Of a stretch of 64,000 bases of DNA, positions 1-8,931 are shown piece by piece. Positions within the stretch are counted from its first letter, which is position 1. Each line of letters opens with the position of its first letter. The stretch comes from Acidimicrobiia bacterium (GTDB lineage Bacteria; Actinomycetota; Acidimicrobiia; IMCC26256; PALSA-610): positions 16,729 to 80,728 of the forward strand of contig JBBQTI010000007.1 in assembly GCA_038213435.1 (NCBI GenBank), written 5' to 3'. A program made the translations under genes and the position numbers. The notes under the pieces are model-generated. The model was not told the origin of the DNA. It searched no databases and saw only the letters and a program-made list of their open reading frames with translations.

Positions 1-218
1 CGCGGAACCGTCCAGCGGCGGAAGTGATGTCCGCGGGCGGCGAGAAGCAGCGCCTCGTCGGCGTCCGGTCGGAGGCGCAGGACCCACTCGGTGACGAGAT
101 CGGCGTGAACGATCTCCTTCGGACCGGTGCGGTCGCGCACCGTGACGACTGTGGGATCCGCGGCGTTCGCGTCGTCGATCGCGGCGAGGGCGGCGCGTAA
201 TCGGGCGGACGGGGCCAT
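1..218 (-). CDS. DUF4202-like protein; only the N-terminal 72 codons are present because the gene runs off the window start
   Basis: Minus-strand ATG at 218-216. Translation MAPSARLRAALAAIDDANAADPTVVTVRDRTGPKEIVHADLVTEWVLRLRPDADEALLLAARGHHFRRWTVP is GC3-rich and resembles DUF4202 N-termini. It is absent from the ORF track because no stop lies in the window. Confidence 0.5.
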   Translation of the reverse strand, partial: MAPSARLRAALAAIDDANAADPTVVTVRDRTGPKEIVHADLVTEWVLRLRPDADEALLLAARGHHFRRWTVP

Positions 219-230
219 CCGCCGCAGCCT

Positions 231-277
231 ACGCAGCCGTCGGAACGGACGCAGCCGTCGGAACGGACGCGGCCGTC
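231..277. repeat. 18-bp tandem repeat (ACGCAGCCGTCGGAACGG), about 2.6 copies, in the short spacer between two same-strand genes
   Basis: Direct reading: copies at 231-248 and 249-266, plus a partial copy at 267-277 that overlaps the TGA stop (276-278, minus strand) of the hydrolase gene. Confidence 0.85.
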
Positions 278-1010
278 AGTCGAGGTGCGACACGAACCAG
301 TCGAGCGCCCGCCGCCAGGCATCGGCGGCGTCGTCGGGTCGGTACTCGGCGCGCTGATCGCAATGGAAGCCGTGACCGGCGCCCGGGTAACGCACGATTT
401 CGGTGTCGACCTCGGCGACGCGCAGCGCCTCGCGCAGCTGTTCGACGTCGTCGACGGGAATCGAGGCGTCGTCGTCGCCGAACAGGCCGAGCCACGGCGT
501 CTGCAGCGACGGGCTCTCACCGACCAACGGCGGGAACTGCGCAAACCGGCCCGTGACGATGCCACCGCCGTAGAAGCCGACGGCGGCGCCGAGTGCACGC
601 CGGAGCGCGACCAGAAACGAGATCCGTCCGCCGAAGCAGAAGCCGACGACGCCGATTCGGGTGTCGGCGTGGCCCGCGGCGCGCAAATGTGCGAGGGCCG
701 CGTCGACATCGGTGAGGACGGCGTCGTCGCCGGACACGTCCTTGAAGTACTCCATCACCTTCTCGAAGTTGCCGTACTCGACGACGGAGCCGGGGCCCGA
801 ACGATGGAAAAGATCCGGCGCGACCGCGTGATAGCCCGCGGCCGCGGCGCGCCGGGTCACGTCTTCGATGTACGGGTTGACGCCGAAGGCTTCCTGGACG
901 ACGACGATCGCGCCCCGCGCCTCCCCCGGTGGTCTCGCCTCGTAGATGCGCATCGGGCCGTCGGCGGTGTCGACGGTGACGTCCCGCCCGGAAATGTTCG
1001 CGTCGCTCAT
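276..1010 (-). CDS. dienelactone hydrolase family protein (carboxymethylenebutenolidase-like)
   Basis: 244-aa ORF. The N-terminus (IYEARPPGEARGAIVVVQEAFGVNPYIEDVTRRAAAAGYHAVAPDLFHR), the GFCFGG nucleophile-elbow-like motif and the C-terminal GAGHGF are typical of the DLH fold. Confidence 0.85.
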   Translation of the reverse strand: MSDANISGRDVTVDTADGPMRIYEARPPGEARGAIVVVQEAFGVNPYIEDVTRRAAAAGYHAVAPDLFHRSGPGSVVEYGNFEKVMEYFKDVSGDDAVLTDVDAALAHLRAAGHADTRIGVVGFCFGGRISFLVALRRALGAAVGFYGGGIVTGRFAQFPPLVGESPSLQTPWLGLFGDDDASIPVDDVEQLREALRVAEVDTEIVRYPGAGHGFHCDQRAEYRPDDAADAWRRALDWFVSHLD

Positions 1011-1079
1011 CTCCCGGAAGCTAGCGCCGTGAGCGCGCGTTCGAGGAAGGCGCCACTCTTCGGGTTGCCGATCGACGGG

Positions 1080-2084
1080 TCAGTTGGCCTTGATCAGCCG
1101 GACGCACAACATCCTCGAGAGGTTGAGGAGCAGCTTGGCGGCCACGGTGGGGTCTTCGGCGATCATCTTGCGCAATGCGCGTTCGCTGAGGCTCAGGATG
1201 CGGGTGTGCTCGGTCGCGGCGTCGACATCGAACGCGCGGGGTCGTTCCAACAGGAACGCCATCTCGCCGAATGCGTCTCCTGTGCTCAGCACGCCGACCA
1301 CTCGATTGTCATCGAGGACTTTGAGGGTGCCGTCCAGGACACGAAGATGTTGCGGGCGGCACCGCCGCGTTTCAGGACGCGGTCGCCTTTCGCGCATGCG
1401 ATGACGGTGCTGCGGGCGATACAGCGTTGGGCTTCGCCGTCGGTGAACCCGTCGAACGCCGAGATCCCTTGCGCGTGGAGCTCGTCCAGAGTACGGCGAA
1501 CCTCGCTCCCAAACTCCTTCGGCGCGCTGAGGGACTGGCTGCGGACCGAACCACCGCGGGCGAGCACCCGTTCGACGCAGCCGGGCGGCCCATTCGGCGC
1601 GGTCACGTGACCCACGCCGCGGAGCGCTTCGACATCGGGGATGAACGCGAGCAGCGGGATCAGGTAGCCGGCGGAAGGACTGTTGATGTTGTGCTCGGCA
1701 TACGGTCGTTGCCCCATGCCGAGATACAACGACAGAAGATGCGGTTCGCAACAGCCGAAGACGAGCCGCAGGCCGCGGCTGTCGATGAACGGCCGACTGT
1801 GCTGCATCATCTCGTCGAGCACGCCGGTGCCGCGGTAGGCGGGTAACACGCTGTTGCGTTCTCCCACCGCCATCAACGCCGGCGGGATTTCCTCGAGAAT
1901 CGGCGCCAGCTGGTACTGCTCGATCTGTCGGGCCGAGAAGCCCTCACCACTCCGCGAACCTCCGACTCGCGCGGTCGGCGACCTCGCGGTAACGGCCCAG
2001 CTCCTCCACGTACACCGCGTAGCGCAGGCGCTGCACCGCCTCGACCTCCTCGACGGAGACCGCACGGACGAAGTCGAATCCCAT
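1080..2084 (-). pseudogene. two-domain gene (N-terminal GNAT / N-acyl amino acid synthase-like domain, C-terminal cyclic-nucleotide-binding domain) broken by two 1-nt frame shifts
   Basis: The coding signal runs through three frames. The first segment is MGFDFVRAVSVEEVEAVQRLRYAVYVEELGRYREVADRA...AEW-TGA, from ATG 2084. The second is the 1286..2065 frame (EGFSARQIEQYQ...AKGDRVLKRGGAARNIFV). The third is the 1080..1751 frame (LDGTLKVLDDNRVVGVLSTGDAFGEMAFLLERPRAF...). The cNMP-binding domain is only complete when the second and third frames are joined near 1340. Confidence 0.6.
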
Positions 2085-2085
2085 G

Positions 2086-2592
2086 TCAGAGCGGTTCGGT
2101 ACCGTCGTCTACCGGGACGAGCTCACCGTTGTGCACGTCGAAGATGAACCCGCCGACGTCGAGGTCGCGCGGCAGCAGCGGGCACGATTTGATCAGCTCG
2201 ATGTCGTCGTGCAGCGTCGCCCGCTGATCGGTGCTGGTCAGGAAGTCCCAACCCGTGGCATCACAGCCGCGCATCGTGCTGATACGAGCGCGAATTTCAT
2301 CGTCGGTCGAGCCGACCATGGCGCAGTCGGTGTGTTGGACGACGCAGACGCGCGTCACGCCGAGCAGGTTCACCGCGATCGCCAGGGAGCGAAGCGCGTC
2401 GGTGGTCACCCGCGCGCCCGCGTTGCGGATGATCTTCGCGTCGCCGGCGCGCAGCCCGAGCAGCGCGAGGGGATCGATGCGTGAGTCGATGCAGGTGAGT
2501 ACGGCGAGGCCCTTCGCCGCCGCGCCCGTAACGCTTGGGTCGTGGAACTCCGTTCGATAGTGCCGGTTGGCGGCGAGCAGGTCGTCGAACAT
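2086..2592 (-). CDS. beta-class carbonic anhydrase
   Basis: 168 aa. Contains CIDSR...HTDCA(M) zinc-ligand motifs and an N-terminus (LLAANRHYRTEF) typical of small actinobacterial beta-CAs. Confidence 0.85.
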   Translation of the reverse strand: MFDDLLAANRHYRTEFHDPSVTGAAAKGLAVLTCIDSRIDPLALLGLRAGDAKIIRNAGARVTTDALRSLAIAVNLLGVTRVCVVQHTDCAMVGSTDDEIRARISTMRGCDATGWDFLTSTDQRATLHDDIELIKSCPLLPRDLDVGGFIFDVHNGELVPVDDGTEPL

Positions 2593-2676
2593 CGTCCGTT
2601 CTTCTAGCAGGTGCAGGGCCGAGAGATCTGCCGTCGTGCGCTACGGTGCCGCCGTCAGTGTCCACGGGAGGAACAC

Positions 2677-2880
2677 ATGAGCTTCCGGGTTGTCGTCGAC
2701 TTCGACAAGTGCGAGAGCAACGCGTTGTGCATGGCCGCCGCGCCCGAGGTGTTCGAGGTCCGTGACGACGACTTCTTGTACCTGCTCCAGGAGGAACCGC
2801 CCGACGACCTGCGCGCCAAGTGCGAGGAAGCGGTCCGGGTCTGCCCGAAGCAGGCGATCTCGATCGTCGACGCTTCCTGA
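2677..2880 (+). CDS. small ferredoxin (single-cluster, actinobacterial Fdx type)
   Basis: ATG at 2677 preceded by GGGAGG (2665-2670). Sequence MSFRVVVDFDKCESNALCMAAAPEVFEV...VRVCPKQAISIV has the CxxxxC...CP pattern. Confidence 0.8.
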   Translation: MSFRVVVDFDKCESNALCMAAAPEVFEVRDDDFLYLLQEEPPDDLRAKCEEAVRVCPKQAISIVDAS

Positions 2881-2889
2881 GGGCGCGCG

Positions 2890-3684
2890 GTGCCCGGCAT
2901 GGAGGGGATGGCCACGCTCGTCACCGGCGGCGGCAGTGGCATCGGGTTCGGCTGCGCGCGGCGGTTCGCCGAGGATGGAGCGCACGTGACGATCGCGGGC
3001 CGCACCCAGGCGCGCCTCGCGGAAGCGGTGAAGCAGATCTCGGCCGCGGCCGCGCCCGGTGTCACCGCTCAGTACGTCGTGTGCGATGTCACCGACGAGG
3101 CCGACGTCGTGCGCGCGGTGGCCGCGGCGGCCGCGCCGACCGGCAAGCTCGACGTGCTCTTCGCGTGCGCGGGTGGCTCGTTGCACGGTGGCCCGATCAT
3201 GGCGTCGGATGCTGCCGGCTGGCGCGCGACGGTCGACCTGAACCTGGTGGGCACGTTCCTCTGCATCAAGCACGCGGCTCCGGCGATGATGCACGGCGGC
3301 GGCTCGATCGTGGGTATGTCGTCGATCGCGGGTCACACGACGCACCGATTCATGAGCGCGTACTGTGCGAGCAAAGCAGGGATCGAGATGCTCGTGAAGT
3401 GCGCGGCGGACGAGCTGGGTGAGCACAACATTCGCGTCAACGCGGTCCAGCCGGGCATCGTCGACACCGAGCTCGTGAGCTTCATCACGGCGGGCGGACC
3501 GATCCTCGACAGTTACCACGCGAACATGCCGGTCGCGCGTGTTGGCACCGTCGACGACATCGCTGCGGCGGTGCGCTATCTCGCCGGCCCGGAGTCGACG
3601 TGGGTCACCGGTCAGATGTTGGGGATCGACGGCGGCCATCAACTCCGGTGCGGGCCCGACTACGGTTCCGTGCTGGGCGGTTGA
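2890..3684 (+). CDS. SDR family oxidoreductase
   Basis: TGGGSGIG Rossmann motif and YxxxK (YCASKAG). 264 aa. The start could instead be ATG 2899 or 2908. Confidence 0.85.
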   Translation: MPGMEGMATLVTGGGSGIGFGCARRFAEDGAHVTIAGRTQARLAEAVKQISAAAAPGVTAQYVVCDVTDEADVVRAVAAAAAPTGKLDVLFACAGGSLHGGPIMASDAAGWRATVDLNLVGTFLCIKHAAPAMMHGGGSIVGMSSIAGHTTHRFMSAYCASKAGIEMLVKCAADELGEHNIRVNAVQPGIVDTELVSFITAGGPILDSYHANMPVARVGTVDDIAAAVRYLAGPESTWVTGQMLGIDGGHQLRCGPDYGSVLGG

Positions 3685-3687
3685 ACG

Positions 3688-4908
3688 GTGGACTTCGAGG
3701 AAACCGAAGAGGAGCGCGCGTTCCGGGTCGAGGTGCGGGCCTGGCTCGACGCTCATGCGACGCGGCGGGTTGCCGGGGAACGGTCCGACCACTCGTACAT
3801 GCCGGGTGACGGCAGCCCCGAGGCCGACGCCGCCCACGTGGGCGCGTGCAAGGAGTGGCAGCGCGTCCTCTACGAGGGTGGATGGGCAGGGATCACGTGG
3901 CCGGTCGACGCGGGAGGGCGCGGCGGACCGGGATGGCAACAGCGCATCTTCAACGAAGAGCAATCGCACTACAGCGTGGCCGTCGGTGTCTTCGCCGTGG
4001 GGATCGGCATGGCCGGGCCCACGATCATCGTGTGGGGTACACCCGAGCAGCAGGAGCGCTTCCTGCCCGCGATGTTGCGCGGCGACGACGTTTGGTGCCA
4101 GCTGTTCTCCGAACCGGGCGCGGGCTCCGACCTCGCGGGTTTGCGGACGCGCGCCGAGCGTGACGGCGATGAGTGGACCGCCAACGGTCAGAAGGTGTGG
4201 ACGTCGGGCGCGCACTACAGCGACTGGGGCCTGCTGCTGGTGCGCAGTGATCCCGACGCGCCGAAGCACAAGGGCATCACGGCCTTCCTGCTCGATATGC
4301 GCACGCCGGGAATCGACGTGCGGCCGCTGCGCCAGATCACCGGCGCGTCGCATTTCAACGAGGTGTTCCTCACCGACGTCCGCATTCCCGACTCGATGCG
4401 CGTCGGTCCGCTGGGCGGTGGCTGGCGGGTCGCGAACACGATGCTCTCGAACGAGCGGGCGTTGATCGGCAGCGGTGGGCGGGTCGGCTTCCGGGATCTG
4501 GTCTCACTCGCGCAGCGTTGCGGTGGGAGTGAGGATCCGGTGCTGCGTCAGGAGCTCGCCCGCAGCTACACACGGTTGCAGCTCATCAAGTGGCTCGGCT
4601 GGCGGGCGCGCAGCCGCAAGGACCAGGGCCTCGGTCCGGAGGCCTCGGTCGTCAAGCTCGCCGCGTCGCGCGAGCTCGAGCACGACGGAAACCTGGTGAT
4701 GACTCTGCAGGGCGCGGAGTCGATGCTGTATGACGACGACGCCATCCAGGACGGCTATTGGCAGCAGCAGTTTCTCGGACAATGGAGCAGCCGACTCGGC
4801 GGCGGCACCGAGCAGATCCAGCGCAATGTGATCGGGGAGCGGGTGCTCGGGCTACCGAGCGAGCCGCGGCCCGGCAAGGACACGCCCTTCCGCGAGCTCC
4901 CGAGCTAG
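3688..4908 (+). CDS. acyl-CoA dehydrogenase family protein
   Basis: 406 aa with ACAD N, middle and C-terminal signatures (WCQLFSEPGAGSDLAGLRTRAERDGDEWTANGQKVWTSGA; GGGTEQIQRNVIGERVLGLP). It ends in TAG at 4906-4908, which is also the first triplet of the 56-bp repeat. Confidence 0.85.
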   Translation: MDFEETEEERAFRVEVRAWLDAHATRRVAGERSDHSYMPGDGSPEADAAHVGACKEWQRVLYEGGWAGITWPVDAGGRGGPGWQQRIFNEEQSHYSVAVGVFAVGIGMAGPTIIVWGTPEQQERFLPAMLRGDDVWCQLFSEPGAGSDLAGLRTRAERDGDEWTANGQKVWTSGAHYSDWGLLLVRSDPDAPKHKGITAFLLDMRTPGIDVRPLRQITGASHFNEVFLTDVRIPDSMRVGPLGGGWRVANTMLSNERALIGSGGRVGFRDLVSLAQRCGGSEDPVLRQELARSYTRLQLIKWLGWRARSRKDQGLGPEASVVKLAASRELEHDGNLVMTLQGAESMLYDDDAIQDGYWQQQFLGQWSSRLGGGTEQIQRNVIGERVLGLPSEPRPGKDTPFRELPS

Positions 4909-5001
4909 GGAGACGACAGCGCAGCGACCGGAGGGGAGCGGAGCGTGGAGTCGACCCGGAAGTAGGGAGACGACCGCGCAGCGACCGAAGGGGGGCGGAG
5001 C
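4906..5001 (+). repeat. two tandem units (57 bp each) of the GGAG-dense stop-codon-abutting repeat family
   Basis: Unit 1 is TAGGGAGACGACAGCGCAGCGACCGGAGGGGAGCGGAGC followed by GTGGAGTCGACCCGGAAG. Unit 2 is TAGGGAGACGACCGCGCAGCGACCGAAGGGGGGCGGAGC, followed by the GTG at 5002. The same unit, in reverse complement, forms the array at 22205-22466. Confidence 0.9.
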
Positions 5002-5283
5002 GTGCAGCTCGACGAGTTCCAGGATTTGATGGCCCGCACCTTCGGTGCGCGCGACCGCAGCCGCGGCATCGACGCGACCGTCGCCTGGCTCGCGGAGGAG
5101 CTCGGCGAGCTGGCGCGGGCCGTCCGCAAGGGCAGCCGCGACGAGCAGCTCCACGAAATCGGCGATGTCCTCGCCTGGCTGGCGTCACTGACCGATCAGC
5201 TCGGGCTGTCGCTCGACGGCGCGGCTGCCCGCTACCGGTCGGGCTGCCCGCGCTGTCGCGCGCTCCCGTGCTCGTGTCCGTGA
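5002..5283 (+). CDS. MazG-like nucleotide pyrophosphohydrolase domain protein
   Basis: 93 aa. MQLDEFQDLMARTFG...LAEELGELARAV...EIGDVLAWLASL matches the small MazG/NTP-PPase EExxE...D pattern. The GTG start sits at the repeat's own GTG position. Confidence 0.75.
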   Translation: MQLDEFQDLMARTFGARDRSRGIDATVAWLAEELGELARAVRKGSRDEQLHEIGDVLAWLASLTDQLGLSLDGAAARYRSGCPRCRALPCSCP

Positions 5284-5364
5284 CCCGCGCTAGATCGCGA
5301 CGCGCGCGGGCGGACGGTACCCTCGCCCGGAGGTCGTGCGCACGCCTTTCGGGAGGATCGACCG

Positions 5365-6768
5365 GTGCGAATCATCGTTGTGGGCGGCGGGACCGCGGGA
5401 CTCGGCACCGCGCTCGCGTGCGCGCGCGACGGGCACGAGGTCACGGTGCTCGAACGTGACGACACTCCGATGCCGACCGACGCAAACGCCGCGTTCGAGT
5501 GGGTGCGCACCGGCGCGCCACAGGTGCGCCATTCGCACGCCTTCCTCGCGCGCCTGCGTAACCTGCTGCGCGAGCGCGCCCCCGACGTGCTCGACGCGCT
5601 CCTTGCCGCGGGTGCGTCGGAGATCGCGTTCACCGAGCACCTGCCCCCGACCCTCACCGATCGATTGCCGCGTCCGGGTGACGATGAGCTCGTGGCGCTT
5701 GCGTGCCGGCGTACCACGTTCGAATGGGTTCTGCAGAGGCTCGTGCTCGATGAGCCGGGCGTCGAGCTGCGTCATGGTGTCACGGCCGGCGAACTCGTCG
5801 CGCATTCGGGAGGGGTCCCGCTCGTCGTCGGCGTCGACGGAAGTCGGGCCGATCTGGTGGTCGACGCCCGCGGTCCGCGCTCGTCATCCGACGCTTGGCT
5901 CTCGGCGATCGCGGCGCCGCCGGCTCACGAGGAGCTCCACGAGAGCGGCATCATCTACTTCTCGCGGTTTTACCGGGTCCACGGCGGCGTCGAGGCGCCG
6001 CCGTACGTCGGGCCGACCGCGGCCGATCTCGGCTATCTCAAGTACGCCATCTTCCTGGGTGACAACCGGACCTTTTCGATCACCTACGCGATCGAAAGTC
6101 ATGACGAAGAGATGCGGCGCGCCCTCGCCGCGCCCGATGGCTTCGAAACCGTCGCCCGGTCGCTCGTCGCCACCGCGCCCTGGCGCGTCGACGGTGTCGC
6201 CGATCCGATCACCGGTGTGCACGTCATGGCAGGGCTGCGCAACCGGTACCGACCTCTCGTCGACGGCGAGGGCGAGCCGCTCGTGCACGGATTCGTCGCG
6301 GTGGGCGACGCGTCGGTGTGCACGAATCCGCTCTACGGACGCGGCTGCAGCCTCGCGTTCGTGCACGCGTTCGGCCTGGCCGATTCGCTGCGCGAGCACG
6401 CCGGCGATCTCGACGGACTCGGCCGTGCGTTCGCCGAGTTCACCGAACGCGAACTGGTGCCGTGGTTCCGTTCGGCCGTTTTGCAGGATGCGCAGGCTCG
6501 TGCGCTGCACGAGGAGCTGCCGCCCGAAGACCCGCGCGCCTTCATGCAGGCCGTGTTCCGTGAGGGACTCCTCCCGGCGATGCGCACGTCGCCCGTCGTG
6601 TTCCGGGCGTTTCTGCGGTGGTTCAACCTCTTGGCCACTCCCGACGCGCTCATGGCCGATCCCGAGATCGTGGGCGAGGTTCTCGCCGCCTACGACGACC
6701 GGCACAACCGTCCCGGACCACCGGTCCTCGGCCCCGACCGCGAGACGCTGCTGCTCGATCTCGCCTGA
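5365..6768 (+). CDS. FAD-dependent oxidoreductase (monooxygenase/reductase-like)
   Basis: N-terminal dinucleotide fold MRIIVVGGGTAGLGTALACARDGHEVTVLER. 467 aa, with a later GD motif (VAVGDASVCTNPLYGRG). Confidence 0.75.
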   Translation: MRIIVVGGGTAGLGTALACARDGHEVTVLERDDTPMPTDANAAFEWVRTGAPQVRHSHAFLARLRNLLRERAPDVLDALLAAGASEIAFTEHLPPTLTDRLPRPGDDELVALACRRTTFEWVLQRLVLDEPGVELRHGVTAGELVAHSGGVPLVVGVDGSRADLVVDARGPRSSSDAWLSAIAAPPAHEELHESGIIYFSRFYRVHGGVEAPPYVGPTAADLGYLKYAIFLGDNRTFSITYAIESHDEEMRRALAAPDGFETVARSLVATAPWRVDGVADPITGVHVMAGLRNRYRPLVDGEGEPLVHGFVAVGDASVCTNPLYGRGCSLAFVHAFGLADSLREHAGDLDGLGRAFAEFTERELVPWFRSAVLQDAQARALHEELPPEDPRAFMQAVFREGLLPAMRTSPVVFRAFLRWFNLLATPDALMADPEIVGEVLAAYDDRHNRPGPPVLGPDRETLLLDLA

Positions 6769-6783
6769 CGGGCTCCGTCGCGC

Positions 6784-8898
6784 TCAGTAAGCCAGAAGGG
6801 CGCGTAGATCGCGTTCGATGTCGGCGACCTGAGGGAGGATCGCGTTCTCGAGCGACGGCTCGTACGCGCAGAACGTGTCGGTCGCGGCCAGGCGCCAAAC
6901 CGGCGCGTCGAGGTCCTCGAAGCACTCGTCGGCGACGAACGCGGCGACCTCCGCGCCGAAGCCGCACGTGAGGGTGTCCTCGTGCAGGACGAGCACCCGA
7001 CCAGTCTTGTGTACCGACTCGGCCACGATGTCGCGGTCCCACGGCGCGATGGTTCGCAGGTCGATGATCTCGACACCGGCGTCATCGTCCAACGCCTTGG
7101 CGGCGAGCTGGGCGCGGTGCACGGTTGCGCCCCACGTCACGACGGTTGCACGATCGCCGCGCGTGACGTACGCGCCTTTGCCGAAGGGCAGCATCCAATC
7201 CTCGGGCGGCATCGGATCGCGGTTGTAGCCCTGTCGGTACAGATGCTTGTGCTCGAGGAAGAGCACCGGATCGTCGCAACGAAACGCGGTGCGCAACAAC
7301 CCGGCCGCGTCGCGAGCCCGCGAGGGAAAGGCGATCAGCAGCCCGGGTGTGTGGGCGAAGATCGATTCGCCCGACTGGCTGTGGTACAGCGCGCCGCCCT
7401 GGAGGTATCCGCCGATCGGGATGCGCACGACCATCGGGCATGTGAACGCGCCGTTCGAACGCCAGCGTGTCGTCGCGGCCTCCGACCGCAGCTGATTCAT
7501 CGCGGGCCACACGTAGTCGAAGAACTGGATCTCGGCGCACGGCCGGAGTCCGCGCATCGCCTGTCCGACCGCGCGGCCGATGACGTTCGCCTCCGCCAAC
7601 GGCGTGTTGAAACATCGGGCATCCCCGAACGCTCGTTGGAGGCCGAACGTGATGCCGAACACTCCGCCCTTGCCGGGCACTTCGTCGATGACATGCGGAT
7701 CGGCATCGGCCACGTCTTCGCCGAAGACGCGTATTCGTTCGTCGCGTGCCATCTGCTCGTGCAACGTGAGGCGGATCGTCTCGCCGAACGTGACGACCTC
7801 GACGGGCGTGTCGACGCGCGATCCGTCGATCGCGTGCGGGACCGGCTCTCCCGGGTCGACCTGCACCGGCAGGGGCCCGAACACGTGATCCATCACCGAC
7901 GCGGGAGCGGGTCGTGGCAGGGCGAGTGCGGCCTCGGCCGCCGCGCGTACCGTCTCCTTCGCTTCCGTCCGCATCTGTTCTGCGGTCTCGACGGTCAACG
8001 CGCCTGACGCGAGCAGGCGCTGCTCGAGTCGCGTGATCGGGTCGTGCTCGCGTTCGTCGTCGAGCTCCTCGGCCGCGCGGTACTTCTTCTGGTCGTCGGA
8101 GAGCGAGTGCGAGTAGGGACGGGTGACGAGCGCGTGCACCAGGCATGGGCCCGCGCCCGCTCGCACGTGCGCGATCGCGTTCGCCCCCTTGCTGCGGACC
8201 TCGAAGTAGTCGCAGCCGTCGATGTTCACGACGTGGAGCCCGCGAATGCCGCGCACCATCTCCGAGATCGGCGCCGGATGCTGATCGGTCGACCGCACCG
8301 AGATCGCGTAACCGTTGTCGGCGACGACGAACAACACCGGGAGATGGAGACGAGTGGCGGTGTTGAGCGATTCCCAGAACTCGCCCTCTGAGGTCGCGCC
8401 CTCGCCGAGCGACACGTAGGTCAATTCGTCGCCGTGCGCGGTGCAGCCCGGCAGGTGCGGGCGCCGCCCTATGTAGCGCGCCGCCTCCGCGCAGCCGACC
8501 GCGGGCAGGCACTGGCTCCCCGTCACGGACGTCTGGCTCACGATGTTGAGCCGGGCCGATCCCCAATGACAGGGCATCTGCCGGCCCCCTGATGCGGGGT
8601 CGGCGGCGGCCCCGACCGCCTGCATCAACATCTCGAGCGGCGTGACCCCGAGCGCCAACGCGAGCGCGCGATCGCGGTAGTAGGGGAAGAACCAGTCGTA
8701 GCCGGCGCGCAGCGAGCGCGCGAGGCCGAGCAGCAACGCCTCGTGTCCCGCGCCCGAGATCTGGAAGAACGCGCGGTTCTGCTGGCGGAGCGCGATCTCA
8801 CGGTCGTCGCAGAAGCGAGATACGAGCGCGAGGCGGAAGTCGTCGAGCGCTTCGTCGAGGTTTGCGCTGAGCGATCGGTCGAGTGCGGCGTCGTGCAC
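6784..8898 (-). CDS. 2-oxoacid (branched-chain/pyruvate type) dehydrogenase E1 component, fused alpha-beta subunits
   Basis: 704 aa. The N-terminal half has E1-alpha TPP-binding features (GEGATSEGEFWESLNTA, FVVADNGYAIS). The C-terminal half is E1-beta/transketolase-pyrimidine-like (FNTPLAEANVIGRAVG, MVVRIPIGG). Confidence 0.8.
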   Translation of the reverse strand: MHDAALDRSLSANLDEALDDFRLALVSRFCDDREIALRQQNRAFFQISGAGHEALLLGLARSLRAGYDWFFPYYRDRALALALGVTPLEMLMQAVGAAADPASGGRQMPCHWGSARLNIVSQTSVTGSQCLPAVGCAEAARYIGRRPHLPGCTAHGDELTYVSLGEGATSEGEFWESLNTATRLHLPVLFVVADNGYAISVRSTDQHPAPISEMVRGIRGLHVVNIDGCDYFEVRSKGANAIAHVRAGAGPCLVHALVTRPYSHSLSDDQKKYRAAEELDDEREHDPITRLEQRLLASGALTVETAEQMRTEAKETVRAAAEAALALPRPAPASVMDHVFGPLPVQVDPGEPVPHAIDGSRVDTPVEVVTFGETIRLTLHEQMARDERIRVFGEDVADADPHVIDEVPGKGGVFGITFGLQRAFGDARCFNTPLAEANVIGRAVGQAMRGLRPCAEIQFFDYVWPAMNQLRSEAATTRWRSNGAFTCPMVVRIPIGGYLQGGALYHSQSGESIFAHTPGLLIAFPSRARDAAGLLRTAFRCDDPVLFLEHKHLYRQGYNRDPMPPEDWMLPFGKGAYVTRGDRATVVTWGATVHRAQLAAKALDDDAGVEIIDLRTIAPWDRDIVAESVHKTGRVLVLHEDTLTCGFGAEVAAFVADECFEDLDAPVWRLAATDTFCAYEPSLENAILPQVADIERDLRALLAY

Positions 8899-8931
8899 TG
8901 CTCGGCAGTGTACGGCCTAGTCTGGGTCGCG

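Noticed and set aside
1948-1952. Programmed +1 frameshift at TGG-TGA-G in the GNAT/cNMP gene (RF2-like).
   Set aside because: There is no upstream SD-like stimulator at the right spacing and no slippery CUU-type codon. A second, unrelated frame break occurs in the same gene. Simple indels explain it more parsimoniously.
2641-4353. A very long ORF (570 aa, minus strand). Similar giants are 7082..8566(-), 10687..12063(-), 16342..18366(-), 19283..20665(-), 20517..22940(+), 54742..56022(-), 55275..57458(+) and 61777..62961(-).
   Set aside because: They lie antisense to or out of frame with genes that carry clear family motifs. They are extremely Arg/Pro/Gly/Asp-rich. They are the expected stop-poor shadow frames of a very GC-rich genome.
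8743-8931. A hidden lipoyl domain in the upstream in-frame extension of the E2 ORF.
   Set aside because: The extension is antisense to the E1 N-terminal coding region. Its sequence (MSRARDLEERAVLLAERDL...) has no lipoyl-domain features such as the TDKA-type lipoyl-lysine motif.
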